From Sulfurovum sp. (GTDB lineage: Bacteria > Campylobacterota > Campylobacteria > Campylobacterales > Sulfurovaceae), in assembly GCF_024762315.1 (NCBI RefSeq), contig NZ_JANTHR010000002.1: a stretch of 64,000 nt of DNA. One strand, written 5' to 3'. Position 1 is the stretch's first letter, and each line of letters opens with the position of its first letter. The position numbers were made by a program, and so were the translations under genes. This document shows positions 9,147 to 19,128 of this stretch, piece by piece. The notes below the pieces were generated by a model. That model was not told the DNA's origin. It was given only the letters and a program-made list of their open reading frames with translations, and did not search any database.

Positions 9147-10361
9147 ATGCTTTTTAAGTACAAAGGGTTTGACAAAACAGGCAAAAAGGTCAAAGGGACA
9201 GTGACTGCAGCTTCTACAGAAGAGGCCGGACAGAAGCTTCGCTCCCGAAACATCTATTATGAATCACTCAACCCTACCAAAGAGTTCTCTCTTGAAGCCT
9301 TTTCCAAGCGCCAAATGCCGGGTGAACTCCTTGCCACCTTTTCCAAAGAGCTCTCTTCTTACCTCAACTCGGGGATGACCATTCTTACAGCCATACGACT
9401 ACTGGAGAATCAACACGAGGGAGAGAAGAAGTATGTCTCTTTTCTAAACTCTGTCAAAACCATGATCGATGAGGGAAAATCACTCTATCATGCCTTAAAA
9501 GCGCAAAAAGTCTATGCCCTTCCGGACTTCTATCTGCAAAGCTTGAAAGTGGCAGGCGAAGGAGGAAAAATGGTCGAGGTGCTGACCAATATGGCCCATT
9601 TCTTTTCCGCACAGAACAAAGTAAAATCCCAGGTCAAAGGCGCCATGATCTACCCCGCTGCCATTTTCATCATTGCCATTGTGATCATCGGCTTTTTGCT
9701 TGTCAGCGTGGTTCCAAAGATCACCCAGATCTTTGAAGATACCGATCAGGCTCTGCCGAAGATCACACAGATTGTTGTGGGGGTCAGTGACTTTTTGATC
9801 GCACACTATATTGGCATTCTTGCGGGCATTATACTTTTTATTATAGCTGTCAAACTGCTTTACGCAAAAGTCTACCCTTTTCATAAAATGGTGGACAGCC
9901 TCATGTTAAAACTCCCACTTATCGGTGACCTGATCCAAAATCATGAACTTGGAAGGTTCTCTTACATCCTCTCGCTGATGCTCGGAAGCGGTGTTGCCTA
10001 CGCACAGGCGGTACAGCTCTCAAAAGACACTTTTTCCAACTATGCGCTCAAAGAACTTTTTGACATGGCTGCTGCAAAAGTGGTTGAGGGGAACAAACTC
10101 TCAAACTCTCTACAGCTCATAAAGGGCACAAAGCTCAAACGTAACTTCATGCAGTCTTTGGCACTGGGGGAAGAGTCAAGTGAAGTAGCAAGTGTTTTAG
10201 ACAATCTTTCACATCTCTATGCAGAGGAGAATGATGACAAGATCAAGATCCTGCTTAGTCTTCTCAACCCTTTCATGATGCTCTTCATCGGCGGATTCGT
10301 CGGGATCATCATTGCAGCGATGATGCTGCCTATCTTTACGATGTCACAGGGGCTGAAATAA
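9147..10361 (+). CDS. gspF: T2SS inner-membrane platform protein GspF
   Basis: 404 aa. Duplicated GspF/PilC domain with three TM segments, typical length and N-terminus (FKYKGFDKTGKKVKGTV). Confidence 0.9.
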   Translation: MLFKYKGFDKTGKKVKGTVTAASTEEAGQKLRSRNIYYESLNPTKEFSLEAFSKRQMPGELLATFSKELSSYLNSGMTILTAIRLLENQHEGEKKYVSFLNSVKTMIDEGKSLYHALKAQKVYALPDFYLQSLKVAGEGGKMVEVLTNMAHFFSAQNKVKSQVKGAMIYPAAIFIIAIVIIGFLLVSVVPKITQIFEDTDQALPKITQIVVGVSDFLIAHYIGILAGIILFIIAVKLLYAKVYPFHKMVDSLMLKLPLIGDLIQNHELGRFSYILSLMLGSGVAYAQAVQLSKDTFSNYALKELFDMAAAKVVEGNKLSNSLQLIKGTKLKRNFMQSLALGEESSEVASVLDNLSHLYAEENDDKIKILLSLLNPFMMLFIGGFVGIIIAAMMLPIFTMSQGLK

Positions 10362-10843
10362 TGGCAAAGCAACGTTTTCGTGATGTAAAACAGGGAAAGA
10401 CCACAAAGCCAGAAAGCAAGCAGAACCCTGATCAAAAAAGAGCCTATGCTTCCAGTGGCAGCAAACTCAAAGCTTTTCTTACGGATGCATTTATGCTTGT
10501 CATGCCCATTATGTACATTGTCTTCTATCTGGTCATGGGTGGGCGTGAAGGCTTTGCAGAGCACAAGCTGCTTGGATGGTTATACATTTTAGTACCGCTG
10601 GTTATTGTTCAAACTGTTTTCATGTTCAAAACAGGGCAAACTCCGGGCTATCGTGCCTATTCACTAACGGTGATAGATGAGAATACGGGAGAAAAGCCCT
10701 CGCTTTTTATCATCCTCTTCAGGAATCTCTGTGCCTTGCTCTCCTTTTTCACTTTTTTTGGCTGGATATTGATGTTTTTCAGAAAAGACCATAAAACATT
10801 GCATGACCTTTTAAGCCGTACCGCTGTTGTGGTCAAAAAGTGA
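10361..10843 (+). CDS. RDD-family membrane protein
   Basis: 160 aa. Basic N-terminus, 3 TM segments, family-typical C-terminus (RKDHKTLHDLLSRTAVVVKK). ATG overlaps the gspF stop (TAATG). Confidence 0.6.
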   Translation: MAKQRFRDVKQGKTTKPESKQNPDQKRAYASSGSKLKAFLTDAFMLVMPIMYIVFYLVMGGREGFAEHKLLGWLYILVPLVIVQTVFMFKTGQTPGYRAYSLTVIDENTGEKPSLFIILFRNLCALLSFFTFFGWILMFFRKDHKTLHDLLSRTAVVVKK

Positions 10844-10853
10844 TACTCCTTAA

Positions 10854-11978
10854 ATGAAACAAGAACGAACACTGCTCTCTCCTCTTTTGGGGGCATACTA
10901 TTTTTTCTATTTTGCACTGGTTGGTGTCTATATCATTTTCATGCCAAAAGTCCTGCTTGAACTGGGCTATTCCACTGTTGAAGTGGGCATCATCTATGCA
11001 GCTGCCCCGTTTATGCGTTTTCTGCTTCCTTTTCTCTTTCGCCACTACGTGGCATTGACACCCAAAGTCTATCTGTTTTCTCTAGGGCTGACTTTTGTAG
11101 CGACACTCATTTTTTTAGGTACGGTCCACAGTTTTTGGTTCTATCTGTTCATCAATCTTCTTTTTGGAGCGGCAGTAGGGGTCTCTCTGCCTTATGTAGA
11201 AACCATTGCACTTGCAGCACTGTCTAAAAGCCTTTATGGCAGGGTACGACTCTGGGGTTCTTTGGGGTTTATGGGCATTGCACTCTTACTGGGAAAGATA
11301 CTTTCAGTTCCCTATGAGGCACTCTATTATTTGAGTGTGATGGCTCTTTTAACCTCAGTGTTTGGCGCAATGCTTATTAAGTATGATACGATTTCACACC
11401 AGACAGCGCAGGAAGACAGCAGTTTTTCTCTTTCAAAGTACTGGGCATTTTGGCTCTCGGTTTTTCTTATGCAGGTAGGGTTTGGCGGCTTTTATAACTT
11501 CTTTACCATTTATGAGACTTCTCACGGTATATCGCTTGAAATGACCAGCTGGATGTGGAGCTTTGGGGTGATCTGCGAAATAGTCATGCTCTATTTCCAG
11601 GGCCCGTTATTGCAAAGAAACCTGCTTCGCATTGCACAATTTTCCATAGCGGTTACGGCAGTAAGATGGCTTATGCTCTATTGGTTTGCAGATTCGGTGA
11701 TGCTTACCTTTGCCTCACAATCCCTGCATGCGGTCAGTTTTGCACTCTATCACACGGCTTCTATTACCTATGTTTTTTCACTCTATACCCAGAAAAAACT
11801 TGCCCAGCAGTTTTTCCTGGGCATAGCTTTTGGACTGGGCGGTTCGGTAGGGGCTATACTCTCAGGCAGGATCTACGGGGAGCATATGTTTCTCATTGAA
11901 GCAGGCATTACCTTTATGGCATTTATGGTACTCTTGTTGCATCAACGACGCAAAAAAGAGGTTTGCCATGAAGTATGA
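10854..11978 (+). CDS. MFS transporter (MFS_1_like type)
   Basis: 374 aa, ~12 TM segments. N-terminus LGAYYFFYFALVGVYIIFMPKVL is typical of this MFS subgroup. Substrate unknown. Confidence 0.7.
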   Translation: MKQERTLLSPLLGAYYFFYFALVGVYIIFMPKVLLELGYSTVEVGIIYAAAPFMRFLLPFLFRHYVALTPKVYLFSLGLTFVATLIFLGTVHSFWFYLFINLLFGAAVGVSLPYVETIALAALSKSLYGRVRLWGSLGFMGIALLLGKILSVPYEALYYLSVMALLTSVFGAMLIKYDTISHQTAQEDSSFSLSKYWAFWLSVFLMQVGFGGFYNFFTIYETSHGISLEMTSWMWSFGVICEIVMLYFQGPLLQRNLLRIAQFSIAVTAVRWLMLYWFADSVMLTFASQSLHAVSFALYHTASITYVFSLYTQKKLAQQFFLGIAFGLGGSVGAILSGRIYGEHMFLIEAGITFMAFMVLLLHQRRKKEVCHEV

Positions 11979-12540
11979 TATCCCTGCTGTACTCTTTGCC
12001 GGAGGGAAAAGCTCACGTATGGGAAAAGACAAGGCTCTGCTTCCCTTTGGCAAATACGCTACACTGAGTGAATTCCAATACCGCAGACTTGCTGAACTGT
12101 TTGAAGAAGTCTATCTATCTTCGAAAGAGCATAAATTTAATTTTCCCGCTGCTGTCATAACAGATAACTACAAAGAGAGTTCTCCTTTGGTAGGTATCAT
12201 TTCACTTTTTGAGACATTGAAGAGCGATGCATTTTTCATACTCAGTGCAGATGCACCTTTTGTAGATGAAAAAGTCATAGAAAAACTATTAAGCCATGAA
12301 GAAGCGTTTGATGCGATTATTGCCAAAAGCCCTCATGGGGTTGAGCCGCTTTGCGGTATATATAGGCGTTCCATCCTGCCTTTAGCAAAAAAACATTTTG
12401 CCCGTAATAATCACAGACTAAATGATTTACTGAAAGAAGCACATACCCAATTTGTTATGTTTGAAGATAACGCACCTTTTACAAATTTAAACCATCCTCA
12501 TGAGTATGAAGATGCGATGAAAAGTCTTATTTCGTCTTGA
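11968..12540 (+). CDS. mobA: Molybdenum cofactor guanylyltransferase MobA
   Basis: Motif AVLFAGGKSSRMGKDKALLPF. I place the start at ATG 11968 (MKYDIPAV...). The 11896 ORF start would add a non-homologous extension that overlaps the MFS gene. Confidence 0.8.
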   Translation: MKYDIPAVLFAGGKSSRMGKDKALLPFGKYATLSEFQYRRLAELFEEVYLSSKEHKFNFPAAVITDNYKESSPLVGIISLFETLKSDAFFILSADAPFVDEKVIEKLLSHEEAFDAIIAKSPHGVEPLCGIYRRSILPLAKKHFARNNHRLNDLLKEAHTQFVMFEDNAPFTNLNHPHEYEDAMKSLISS

Positions 12541-13444
12541 AGCTCATTTTGCTTTCATTATCAAGCATTTGCATCATTAACTTTTTTGAGAAAAAGAGGA
12601 ATTTTTCAAAGAGTGTACTATGATATTTATCTTTATGGTAGATCATTAAAAAATCTCTTTTACATTCAAAATTTTTCACATCTACTTGGTGCAGCTTCCC
12701 ATCCTTTATCTCGTTTTCTACAGAGATCTTTGAGATACAGGTCAAACATTCGCGGTTCATCAATATACTTTTTATAGATTCCGTATGCCCCAATTCAAAG
12801 AATATATTCAGATCATCCACTTTACCTTTAATATAATCCAAAAATACTTCTCTTGTTCCAGAACCCTCTTCTCTGAGCACCCATCTCTTCTCAGCCAACT
12901 CATCAATATAACAGGATTCACATAAATTTTTATCTGAAGTGACAACAAGAAGCTCATCTACACCTATTTTCTCTTTTATGATGTTTGACCCCGAAACAAA
13001 CCCTTCCACAAAACCAACATCAATACTTCCGTCCTGGATCATCTGTGTGATCTCTTTGGTGTTTCCTTCTTTCAGTGTGATCTTGACATCAGGATAAGAG
13101 CTCATATAGCTGCAAATGATAGAGGGCATCAAATAATCCACGATCGTCGTACTCGCACCTACACGGATCATCCCTTTGTTCTCTGAGTTTTTAAACTCAT
13201 ACTCAATATCCGAAAGCTTTTTAAAAATAGGATCTATCTCTTTGTGGAAAGCACGACCTACTTCGTTGAGCACAAGTTTTTTATTGATCCTGTCAAATAC
13301 GGGTCTGCCCAAAATATTTTCCAACTCTTTAATGGACATTGAAATCGCCGACTGACTTAACTTCATATCTTTTGCTACATTTGTCAGGTGCCCGGAATTC
13401 ACAACATTAAGAAAAATTTGCATTTGCCTAAGCGTTAATTTCAT
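12527..13444 (-). CDS. LysR-family transcriptional regulator
   Basis: 305 aa. N-terminal wHTH (LRQMQIFLNVVNSGHLTNVAKDMKLSQSAISMSIKELE) and a LysR substrate-binding domain. Divergent from the yeiH-like gene. Confidence 0.85.
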   Translation of the reverse strand: MKLTLRQMQIFLNVVNSGHLTNVAKDMKLSQSAISMSIKELENILGRPVFDRINKKLVLNEVGRAFHKEIDPIFKKLSDIEYEFKNSENKGMIRVGASTTIVDYLMPSIICSYMSSYPDVKITLKEGNTKEITQMIQDGSIDVGFVEGFVSGSNIIKEKIGVDELLVVTSDKNLCESCYIDELAEKRWVLREEGSGTREVFLDYIKGKVDDLNIFFELGHTESIKSILMNRECLTCISKISVENEIKDGKLHQVDVKNFECKRDFLMIYHKDKYHSTLFEKFLFFSKKLMMQMLDNESKMSFKTK

Positions 13445-13566
13445 ACTTCCTCTTTAGTTCTATAAAATTTATTATCATTTTTGATTTGATTTATTTCGCA
13501 TTATATCAAAATTATAGTAGAATTTCAAAAATGTTATCAATAATTTTGAACATATAAAGGAACTTT

Positions 13567-14634
13567 ATGGCTTTTTCACCAGAAAATCGTGCAGGTACTC
13601 TTAGTGGTATTCTCTTTGTTGCTATCTTTGCAGCAGCAGCAACCTTCATTGCAGGGCTTGGTCCTGTAAAAGCACTCGGGCTTTCGCCCCTTGTCATCGG
13701 TATTGTCATGGGTATTTTTTATGCCAATACATTACATAACCAAACCCCCATAGAGTGGCACGGCGGTATTACATTCTCAGCAAAGAAGATCCTCCGTTTT
13801 GCTATTGTGCTTTACGGTTTCCGGCTTACTTTCCAGGAGATCATTGCTGTCGGTCTGGACGGATTCCTTGTCTCTCTTGTAATGCTCTCTTCCACTCTGA
13901 TACTCGGTTCATGGCTTGGGACAAAGATCTTCGGTATGGAAAAAGATACTTCCATTCTTACCGCCGCAGGTGCATCCGTATGTGGTGCCGCTGCGGTTTT
14001 GGCAACGGAACCCGTTTTAAAAGCAGAAGAGTACAAAACTGCTGTGGCTGTTTCCATGGTTGTCCTCTTTGGTACTATCTCCATGTTCCTTTATCCTGTG
14101 CTCTACACTACGATGATCGAACATGCCACAGGCTTCCTTCATATGACTGCAAGAGAGTTCGGTATCTATGTCGGCGGTACCATCCATGAAGTAGCCCAGG
14201 TTGTTGCCGTCCCTGCATCGGTCCCAGGTTCTCCAAAAGAGATGGCTGATGCCGCAGTGATCGTCAAAATGACCAGAGTCATCATGATCGCACCAATGCT
14301 GATCGTTCTTGGATTCTACCTTGCCTGGGAGGCGAAAAGAGCCGGTGGCCAACACGGGGGCAAGACCAAACTTGTTATCCCGTGGTTCGCAGTGTATTTT
14401 ATCATGGTTGCCGGTTTCAATTCTCTGCATCTACTGCCTCAGAATCTTGTAGATATCATCAACCAGATAGATACTTTCCTTCTTACCATGGCTATGACCG
14501 CTCTTGGTATGGGGACAATCTTCTCAAAATTCAAAGGCCTGGGGCTTGCCCCGGTCTATACGGCATTAAGCATGTTTGTCTGGCTTGTGGTCGGGGGCTT
14601 CGTTATTACAAAAATCATCGTAGAATTCCTCTAA
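13567..14634 (+). CDS. yeiH: YeiH/UPF0324-family membrane protein (putative sulfate exporter family)
   Basis: 355 aa, ~10-11 TM segments with family-typical composition. The divergent LysR partner resembles the yeiE-yeiH pairing. Confidence 0.75.
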   Translation: MAFSPENRAGTLSGILFVAIFAAAATFIAGLGPVKALGLSPLVIGIVMGIFYANTLHNQTPIEWHGGITFSAKKILRFAIVLYGFRLTFQEIIAVGLDGFLVSLVMLSSTLILGSWLGTKIFGMEKDTSILTAAGASVCGAAAVLATEPVLKAEEYKTAVAVSMVVLFGTISMFLYPVLYTTMIEHATGFLHMTAREFGIYVGGTIHEVAQVVAVPASVPGSPKEMADAAVIVKMTRVIMIAPMLIVLGFYLAWEAKRAGGQHGGKTKLVIPWFAVYFIMVAGFNSLHLLPQNLVDIINQIDTFLLTMAMTALGMGTIFSKFKGLGLAPVYTALSMFVWLVVGGFVITKIIVEFL

Positions 14635-14654
14635 AGGCAACTTCATACCATGTG

Positions 14655-14688
14655 AAACCTGACATACTTTCTAGCTTATGTTAGGTTT
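14655..14688. terminator. Bidirectional hairpin between convergent yeiH and comM
   Basis: AAACCTGACAT (14655-14665) pairs with ATGTTAGGTTT (14678-14688), 11 bp with one G-T pair. T-rich on the plus side (TATTT). Confidence 0.5.
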
Positions 14689-14728
14689 ATTTAGGACTTT
14701 GCGGTACTTAATCCATAGCATCCAAACA

Positions 14729-16318
14729 CTATTTTCTTCTCCTGTAACTCAAAGCTTCAAGTAGATCTTTTTTCTCTATCTTCTCATGTTCATTCAAATC
14801 AGCGATGGTCCTTCCTACTTTTTTAACCGAAGCAATGCTTCTATGCGAAAGTCCAAACCTTGCAACAGCACCTTCAAGTACTTTAACTGCATCATCACTC
14901 AGAAGACAATAATGCTCAATTTCATCTTCAGCCAGCTTTCCGTTTAGCCTCTGCTGTCCTCTTTGCTTCTGTATTTTAAATGCTTTAAGCACTTCCTCAT
15001 GCATCTGCCCGGAAGTAATATCACCCTTGTCCGTGCTCTGCACTTCTTGCATCACCACAAAAATATCTATGCGATCCAAAAAAGGATCGGAGAGTCTGTT
15101 CTGATATCTTTTTATTTCAACTTCACTGCACCTGCAGACTTTTGTTTTAGAAAGAAGGTTGCCGCAAGGACATGGATTTTGGGCTGCGACGAACATAATA
15201 TCTGCTTCATATTCTATTTTGGCATTGACCCTGGCTATATGTACTTTTTTATCTTGCAAAGGTTCCCTCAGTGCCTCCAATATGTTTTTGGAGAAATGGG
15301 GAATCTCATCAAAAAACAGAATTCCCTTGGATGCCAGTGCAACTTCACCTATGCGTGCCTGGCCGGAGCCTCCGCCAAACACCGAAGCAGAGGTTGCGGT
15401 GTGATGGGGTGAACGCATCGGTCTGATCGCTTTGAAGTTCGGAGTTTGCCCATTGAGAAACTGATGTTTGGCAATAGAAAGCATCTCCTCCTCATAAAGG
15501 GGAGGCAAGATATCTTTAATGCGCTTGGCGATCATACTCTTTCCACAGCCGGGATTTCCCTCCATAAGAAAATTATGCATACCTGCTGCTGATATAAGTG
15601 AAGCCCTCTTTGCTACTGCCTGCCCTTTAACATCCAAAAAATCACTTTCATATTTTCGTTCAAAATAATAAGGTATAGTATTTAAAACAAAACTTTCTGC
15701 TTCATAGGAAAATGCCTGCACATTTGCTTTAAAGTTTTTACTTTTAAGTATCTCTATGGCCTCATTCAATGTATCCACTGCAATAAAATCTACCCCGGAT
15801 ATATGACTAAGATAGGCAATGGCCTCTTTAGGTACAATAGCGCGTTTAATAAGCCCTTGCTCTTTTAGGGATAAGACCAAAGGAAAAAGCATAGAGCTTG
15901 TCTTGACCTTTCCATCCAATCCAAGCTCACCAAAGACAAAAAGCCCCTCTTCGTCTATACTCCTTTTATTGAGTGCGATCAAAAGAGCCAAAGAGAGGTC
16001 AAAATGTGTTCCGCTCTTCTTGATATCGCTTGGCGAAAGATTGATGGTAATCTTCAGCGGAGGGAAAATGAAGTCATTGGTCAGCAATGCAGACTTTGTA
16101 CGCTCCTTTGCTTCTTGTATATCACTACTTGCCAATCCGACAACCGTAAATCCGGGCAACCCTTTAGTAAAGGTTGCTTCCACTTCTATTACCTTTGCAT
16201 TTACTCCTTCAAGTGTCGCGCAGGTCAGTCTGTTGACGATCGTCTCTTTCTTAGGTTTTTGTCTGATCTTTGGTGGTGTACCACTATTTGTTTTTGCATT
16301 CATAATGCTATGATGCAC
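14729..16318 (-). CDS. comM: YifB/ComM family Mg-chelatase-like AAA+ ATPase
   Basis: 529 aa. Lon-like N-domain, Walker A GNPGCGKSM, Walker B ILFFDEIPHF, C-terminal ChlI-like region. The true start may be the internal Met (MNAK...). Confidence 0.85.
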   Translation of the reverse strand: MHHSIMNAKTNSGTPPKIRQKPKKETIVNRLTCATLEGVNAKVIEVEATFTKGLPGFTVVGLASSDIQEAKERTKSALLTNDFIFPPLKITINLSPSDIKKSGTHFDLSLALLIALNKRSIDEEGLFVFGELGLDGKVKTSSMLFPLVLSLKEQGLIKRAIVPKEAIAYLSHISGVDFIAVDTLNEAIEILKSKNFKANVQAFSYEAESFVLNTIPYYFERKYESDFLDVKGQAVAKRASLISAAGMHNFLMEGNPGCGKSMIAKRIKDILPPLYEEEMLSIAKHQFLNGQTPNFKAIRPMRSPHHTATSASVFGGGSGQARIGEVALASKGILFFDEIPHFSKNILEALREPLQDKKVHIARVNAKIEYEADIMFVAAQNPCPCGNLLSKTKVCRCSEVEIKRYQNRLSDPFLDRIDIFVVMQEVQSTDKGDITSGQMHEEVLKAFKIQKQRGQQRLNGKLAEDEIEHYCLLSDDAVKVLEGAVARFGLSHRSIASVKKVGRTIADLNEHEKIEKKDLLEALSYRRRK

Positions 16319-16436
16319 TAAATTTTAAAAAGTGTGCAAAAATATGTCATATTGTCATATTTTTTACTCTTTAATTAATCTATGGTTTAAAAATTACACT
16401 ATAATGAGCGTTATATGCATATACAAGAGGTAAAAA

Positions 16437-17789
16437 ATGGATTATATAGAACAAGCCATGAAATTGGCAATATCCACCAACTGTCAGGATGACAGAAATT
16501 TTTTTCAGGCACTCAAAGAGGTGTTGATCTCCATCAAACCGCTTATGGAGCAACATCCCAAATACCTGAATCACCGGATCATTCAACGCATCATCTATCC
16601 CAACAGAGAGATACGTTTTAAAATAGAATGGCTGAATGACAACAATCAAACCCAGGTCAACAACGGATACAGGATACAATTCAACAATGCCCTTGGCCCG
16701 TACAAAGGCGGTGTACGTTTCCATCCTTCCGTCAATCCTGATATCCTAAAGTTTCTTGCTTTTGAACAAATATTCAAAAATGCCATTACCGGATTACATA
16801 TAGGGGGTGCAAAAGGCGGTTCTGATTTTGACCCTAAAGGCAAGAGCGAGAAAGAGATCATGAAGTTCTGTCAAGCGTTTATGACAGCTTTCTATAATTC
16901 TGTAGGTTCCGATATTGACATACTCGGTGGTGACATCGGTGTAGGAGAACGTGAAGTAGGTTATCTTTTTGGGCAATACAAGATACTGACAAACACTTAT
17001 GACAGCATTATAACCTCTAAACCAATCTCTCTTGGGGGAAGCCAGGGACGTGCCTCTGCTACGGGCTACGGACTTATCTATTTCACACAAACCCTTCTTG
17101 AAAATCAGGATGAAACACTCAAAGGGAAGATCTGTACCATCAGCGGCAGCGGGAATGTGGCTATTCATGCCATAGAAAAACTCTATGAAATGGGTGCCGT
17201 ACCCGTCACCTGTTCCGATTCCAGAGGGGCGATCCATGACAGTAACGGGATAGACCTTGAGCTCCTTAAAAAAATTAAATTTGAAAGAAGGGCTTCCCTT
17301 GAGTACTATGCTGTGGAGAGAAAAAATGCAAGCTATGTTAAAAAGGAACAGTATAACAATAATTCGAATTATGTTTGGGAGATCCCTTGTTTTGCAGCCT
17401 TCCCCTGTGCTACGCAAAATGAGTTAAATGCAGTAGCAGCACAAGCGCTCATAAACAATGATGTCCAGATCCTCGCAGAAGGTGCCAATATGCCTACAAC
17501 ACCTGAAGCCATCGACCTTTTTGTACAAAACAATATTATCTTTGCACCGGCAAAAGCAGCCAATGCAGGCGGCGTTGCAGTCAGCGTACTGGAGATGAGC
17601 CAAAACAATTCACTCAACTATTTCTCAGCTGAAGAGGTAGATCAAAAACTGCGGAATATCATGTCAAATATCTACAAAGATATCAAAACAACCTGTGATG
17701 AGTATGATCTGGGGATGGATCTGATCTCCGGGGCTAATATTTTAGGTTTCAAGCGTGTTGCAGATGCGATGATCGCACAGGGAGTTTAG
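16437..17789 (+). CDS. gdhA: NADP-specific glutamate dehydrogenase
   Basis: 450 aa. Catalytic-Lys region GGAKGGSDFDPKGKS and dinucleotide fold GSGNVA. Confidence 0.9.
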   Translation: MDYIEQAMKLAISTNCQDDRNFFQALKEVLISIKPLMEQHPKYLNHRIIQRIIYPNREIRFKIEWLNDNNQTQVNNGYRIQFNNALGPYKGGVRFHPSVNPDILKFLAFEQIFKNAITGLHIGGAKGGSDFDPKGKSEKEIMKFCQAFMTAFYNSVGSDIDILGGDIGVGEREVGYLFGQYKILTNTYDSIITSKPISLGGSQGRASATGYGLIYFTQTLLENQDETLKGKICTISGSGNVAIHAIEKLYEMGAVPVTCSDSRGAIHDSNGIDLELLKKIKFERRASLEYYAVERKNASYVKKEQYNNNSNYVWEIPCFAAFPCATQNELNAVAAQALINNDVQILAEGANMPTTPEAIDLFVQNNIIFAPAKAANAGGVAVSVLEMSQNNSLNYFSAEEVDQKLRNIMSNIYKDIKTTCDEYDLGMDLISGANILGFKRVADAMIAQGV

Positions 17790-17894
17790 TTATTTATAAA
17801 AGGAGAAAGTGTTAGAAGCTGTGAAGTTGTGCTATAGATTTTACAAGTGTACAAAAGTAAGTACTCTGAAAAATTTATAGTGTAAAATCACCTA

Positions 17895-18419
17895 TTATAA
17901 CTCTTTTAACCGTTTTTTCCACTCTTTCTCAAACTTCTTTCGCTTGATATAGGAGAGTTTTTCTATAAAGACTTTGCCTTCCAAATGGTCTATCTCATGC
18001 TGCATGGCAATGGCAAGAAAATCATCATCTTCTATGACATGTTTGGTACCGTGCCTGTCAAAATACTCGACCTTTACATGTTTGGCACGTTCTACATCTT
18101 CATACACACCCGGGACGGAGAGACAGCCTTCCTGAAATTTTTCGGTACCGTCTTTTTCAAGAATGACCGGATTGATCATCTCCAAGGTATTCTCTTTGGG
18201 TTGATCATGTTCTCCATCCGCCTCTTCAAGAGGGATATTGATAATGAGTGCTCTTAGGTCAACCCCTACCTGAATGGCGGCAAGTCCAACACCGTTCTTT
18301 GCCCGCATAGTATCGTACATATCATCCAACAGATCGTGCAAAGCTCCATCAAAGGATTCCACCTCTTTTGAGATAAGCTTCAGCCTTTTATCCGGATATA
18401 CTACTATTTCTCTAATCAT
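17895..18419 (-). CDS. def: Peptide deformylase
   Basis: Motifs GVGLAAIQVG, EGCLSVPG, HEIDHLEG. Confidence 0.95.
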   Translation of the reverse strand: MIREIVVYPDKRLKLISKEVESFDGALHDLLDDMYDTMRAKNGVGLAAIQVGVDLRALIINIPLEEADGEHDQPKENTLEMINPVILEKDGTEKFQEGCLSVPGVYEDVERAKHVKVEYFDRHGTKHVIEDDDFLAIAMQHEIDHLEGKVFIEKLSYIKRKKFEKEWKKRLKEL

Positions 18420-18434
18420 CTATTATTTGCCTGA

Positions 18435-19022
18435 TTATGAAAAACTTTTTGTCAATACTTTATCAATAAGCCCGTATTCTACAGCCTCTTTTGCGGACAT
18501 AAAGTTGTCTCTCTCTGTATCTTTTTCTATCTGCTTAGGTTTTTTACCTGTTTTCTCTGCCAAGATAGTGTTCAGTGTGTCTTTGAGTCTTTGTATCTCT
18601 TGTGCCTGTATCTGAATATCGGTTGATTGGCCCTGGGCACCACCTGAGGGCTGGTGGATCATGATACGTGCATGAGGAAGGGCGTAACGCTTTCCTTCTG
18701 TTCCCGAAGCCAGTAAAAATGCGCCCATAGAGGCTGCCTGCCCTATACAGATCGTAACAATATCGGGTTTGATGTAATTCATCGTATCGAACATAGAAAG
18801 TCCTGAAGTGATCACACCTCCTGGTGAATTAATATAAAAATAGATATCTTTATCGGGATCCTGTGCTTCGAGGAACAGTAGTTGTGCTACAATGGATGAT
18901 GCGACCTGGTCATTTACCTCCCCGCTTAGCATAATGATACGATCTTTCAAAAGACGTGAATAGATATCGTAAGATCTTTCACCTCTGCCTGTTTGTTCTA
19001 CAACATATGGGATATAACTCAT
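18435..19022 (-). CDS. clpP: ATP-dependent Clp protease proteolytic subunit
   Basis: 195 aa. [11 protein letters not shown] (active-site Ser) and MIHQPSGG (His). Confidence 0.95.
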   Translation of the reverse strand: MSYIPYVVEQTGRGERSYDIYSRLLKDRIIMLSGEVNDQVASSIVAQLLFLEAQDPDKDIYFYINSPGGVITSGLSMFDTMNYIKPDIVTICIGQAASMGAFLLASGTEGKRYALPHARIMIHQPSGGAQGQSTDIQIQAQEIQRLKDTLNTILAEKTGKKPKQIEKDTERDNFMSAKEAVEYGLIDKVLTKSFS

Positions 19023-19089
19023 AATTTGCCTTTATATAATATATTGTTAAATAGATTTTTTAATCAACTCAAATATACACTAAAATGGT

Positions 19090-19119
19090 TAACAAAAGGT
19101 GCGTCAAAAAACGCACCTT
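19090..19119 (-). terminator. Intrinsic terminator after tig
   Basis: Minus strand: AAGGTGCGT-TTTTTG-ACGCACCTT (perfect 9-bp stem, 19096-19119) followed by TTGTT. Confidence 0.7.
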
Positions 19120-19128
19120 GCCTAAAAA

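Noticed and set aside
11896-11967. Longer mobA start at 11896
   Set aside because: The extra 24 residues (MKQALPLWHLWYSCCINDAKKRFA) are non-homologous and lie inside the MFS gene. ATG 11968 gives the canonical MobA N-terminus.
13445-13566. LysR T-N11-A operator in the LysR/yeiH divergent spacer
   Set aside because: The spacer is so AT-rich that many T-N11-A matches occur by chance. I could not single out a convincing dyad.
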